Source: Paragordius varius (Eukaryota; Animalia; Nematomorpha). Taken from it: 64,000 nt of DNA. How positions within the stretch are numbered: the stretch's first letter is position 1; every line of letters starts with the position of its first letter. Where the stretch lies: positions 5,270,001 to 5,334,000 of the forward strand of contig OZ176055.1 in NCBI GenBank assembly GCA_964247055.1, read 5' to 3'. Under the pieces are notes generated by a model. It was not told the DNA's origin and ran no database searches. It worked only from the letters and a program-made list of their open reading frames with translations. The translations under genes and the position numbers were made by a program. Shown here piece after piece: positions 62,168 through 64,000 of the stretch.

Positions 62168-63957
62168 CTAAGCTTTTGGTTGCTGCATGGCCATTTGTTG
62201 ATAATAGGCAGCCCAAGCTGCTGTAAAATCTGGGAAAATTTAAATTAATCAATCAAAATCAAACATTTGTGACAAAATGAATATATGAATCAGATCAACG
62301 AGTTGAAATCATGTGTATATCAAATGAAACACGGAAATGTATCATCATTTTAATGAATGAGACATATAAATACCTTGATTGTAAGCAGGAGCAGCTCCGC
62401 CACTAACAACGGAGGAGTTGTGGTGTTGGTTTTGCTGCTGAGAGGCGCCTTGGTGGTGTTGTTGTTGTTGCTGCGCTTGTTGTTGGGGATGATGGCCGCC
62501 GCCGCCGCCTTGTTGAGGAGCTGTGTTAGCATTCGCTCCTTGCCCATAAGCTCCGCCCGCTTGCCCGCCATGCTGGCCAGCTGACGCGCCCCCAGCTGAT
62601 CCGGCGGCCGCAGCAGCTGCAGCCTGGGCATAGTACTGCTGATAGTAAGCGGTCCAAGCAGCTGCAACATCGGTGGCTGAAGAGCCTGCGCTCCCGGCCG
62701 TTGACGACGTTTGTTTGCCTAAGAAAAGAAAGATAATGAAAATCGTTTTTTATAAAAAAGATTACCAAAACTAATCAATTTTGATTTTAAATAATTCCAT
62801 TCAATACAATAATATTTTAGCATTAACAGCAAAATCGTTATAATTTTATGATGGTAAAATAAAAATAAATTGGTGCATATCAATATTTAAGGCTGAATTA
62901 GTATTTAGAATTATTCGTTGCAACATTAGTAAAATAATAATAAAAATTTATAAATTATTGTTAATTATAAATAAAATTTGATGAACATGCGAGCATTAAT
63001 TCCATATCTAATATGTTGAATTAGCCGTGTCTAACTGAATTTGATTAATAAATTTTATTATCAAAATTATGATATAAATAAACTTGGGTCATTGGATCCC
63101 CATTGATTGTAGGAAGAACCCCATGTTTGGCCATAAGGATTAGCAGTTCCCATGCCTGGATAACCGTAAGCGGCAAGAGCAGCCGCAGCATTTCCGGCTA
63201 ATGCGTTTTGTGGAGGAGGAACTGGGATGCTCGGAACGGGCTAGGAGAAAAAAATTAAAGACAAAACTCATAGAGAAATGGTGAATCAGAATAGGAAAGT
63301 AATTGTCTTACAATATCAGCCTTTTCACAAACAAGTTGTGCAGCGTGAGTAACTTGGCTATGCGTCCCCTTAATAACAAAAGCTTTTTCGGGACTATTTG
63401 GATCGGTATTAACTCTTCTATCCAATTCAACGTGTGCTCCAGTGAGAACACTTATGTTTTTGACGTTTTCGCCACCTTTACCAATAACTAAACCGCATTT
63501 ATTGGTCGGTATCATAATATGAACTTCCTGCTGTTGTGTGTACGAACTTGAAGGATCTGGTGTGCCTCCCAATGTGTTGACTATGCCTCGAGAGCCAAAT
63601 GTTCTCTAAAAAGGTTATAAAATTATTAAGTCAATAGTCATATAGAACCCTTTAAAAAAATAAATATATTTGTAAAGAATATATACTTCATAATTCATTT
63701 GTGCTGTTTGGACATAACTATTGATAGACACAAATGCTGTTTCTATTTGATTTTGTCCACCTGCTACAATAAGGATTCTATCTCCTTGTGGATTTATATC
63801 TATGAAAATAACATATTAGAATATAATTTACATAAAAATTTTTATCGTTACCTCCTTCTTTGAATCGTATACGGGCTCCTGAATCCATCATGATGCGTTT
63901 TATAGTTTCACCATTTTTACCAATAATCAGTCCAATAGCACATTTTGGAATTATTTG
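62168..63957 (-). CDS. 3' part of a FUBP1/KHSRP/PSI-family KH protein (5' end beyond window): exons 63957-63852, 63799-63687, 63605-63312, 63240-63084, 62718-62374, 62229-62168
   Basis: Two KH domains (IPKCAIGLIIGKNGETIK; IPTNKCGLVIGKGGENVK) and two AWxxYY motifs (DVAAAWTAYYQQ, DFTAAWAAYYQQ) diagnostic of the family; exons sum to 1077 nt in frame. Confidence 0.9.
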
Positions 63958-64000
63958 CTATAATAAATTAATAAATGTCAAAAAAAGATTAAGAATAACT

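Noticed and set aside
3399-63491. Most short ORF-track entries (e.g. 7836, 15663, 18278, 18333, 18598, 20217, 31529, 31627, 37818, 38578, 62350, 62357, 62526, 63303)
   Set aside because: Antisense or off-frame shadows of real exons, or chance ORFs in AT-rich DNA; many start at non-ATG codons
12065-63957. U12-type introns or intronic snoRNAs (human TCP1 hosts snoRNAs)
   Set aside because: No GTATCCTT/ATATCCTT donors at modelled junctions and no clear C/D box pairs; H/ACA snoRNAs cannot be excluded by eye

Overview
AT-rich (roughly 25% GC by eye) eukaryotic, almost certainly invertebrate animal, genomic DNA. It carries intron-containing genes separated and interrupted by many MITEs and decayed transposons. 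The ORF track is largely uninformative because genes are spliced, and many of its starts are TTG/GTG/ATT. Gene models built by hand, each checked for frame continuity against remembered homologue sequences: an unidentified terminal exon (55-863 +); a Kunitz-domain gene (~6.6-9.9 kb -); HEI10/CCNB1IP1 (12065-13418 +, absent from the ORF track as a recognisable protein); TCP1/CCT1 (13571-17962 -); DDX23/Prp28 (18007-29264 +); a TMEM200-family gene (31260-31965 +); an orphan Cys-containing putative glycoprotein (32392-34726 -); glutamate decarboxylase (35303-47779 -); an SLC35F5-like transporter (53118-57359 +); and the 3' part of a FUBP/PSI KH protein (62168-63957 -). Main discovery: a class of ultra-short 24-26 nt spliceosomal introns (five in HEI10, one in TCP1). 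They include a GC-AG example, a 16-nt micro-exon flanked by two of them, and two cases where a nearer AG is skipped. They coexist with 45 nt to 3.7 kb introns and very degenerate 5' splice sites. Also notable: only 44 bp between the divergent TCP1 and DDX23 start codons, lineage-specific insertions in conserved proteins, a CACTA element nested in a foldback MITE, and hAT and mariner transposase fossils. All splice models are predictions from sequence and need RNA confirmation; the species cannot be identified from this window.
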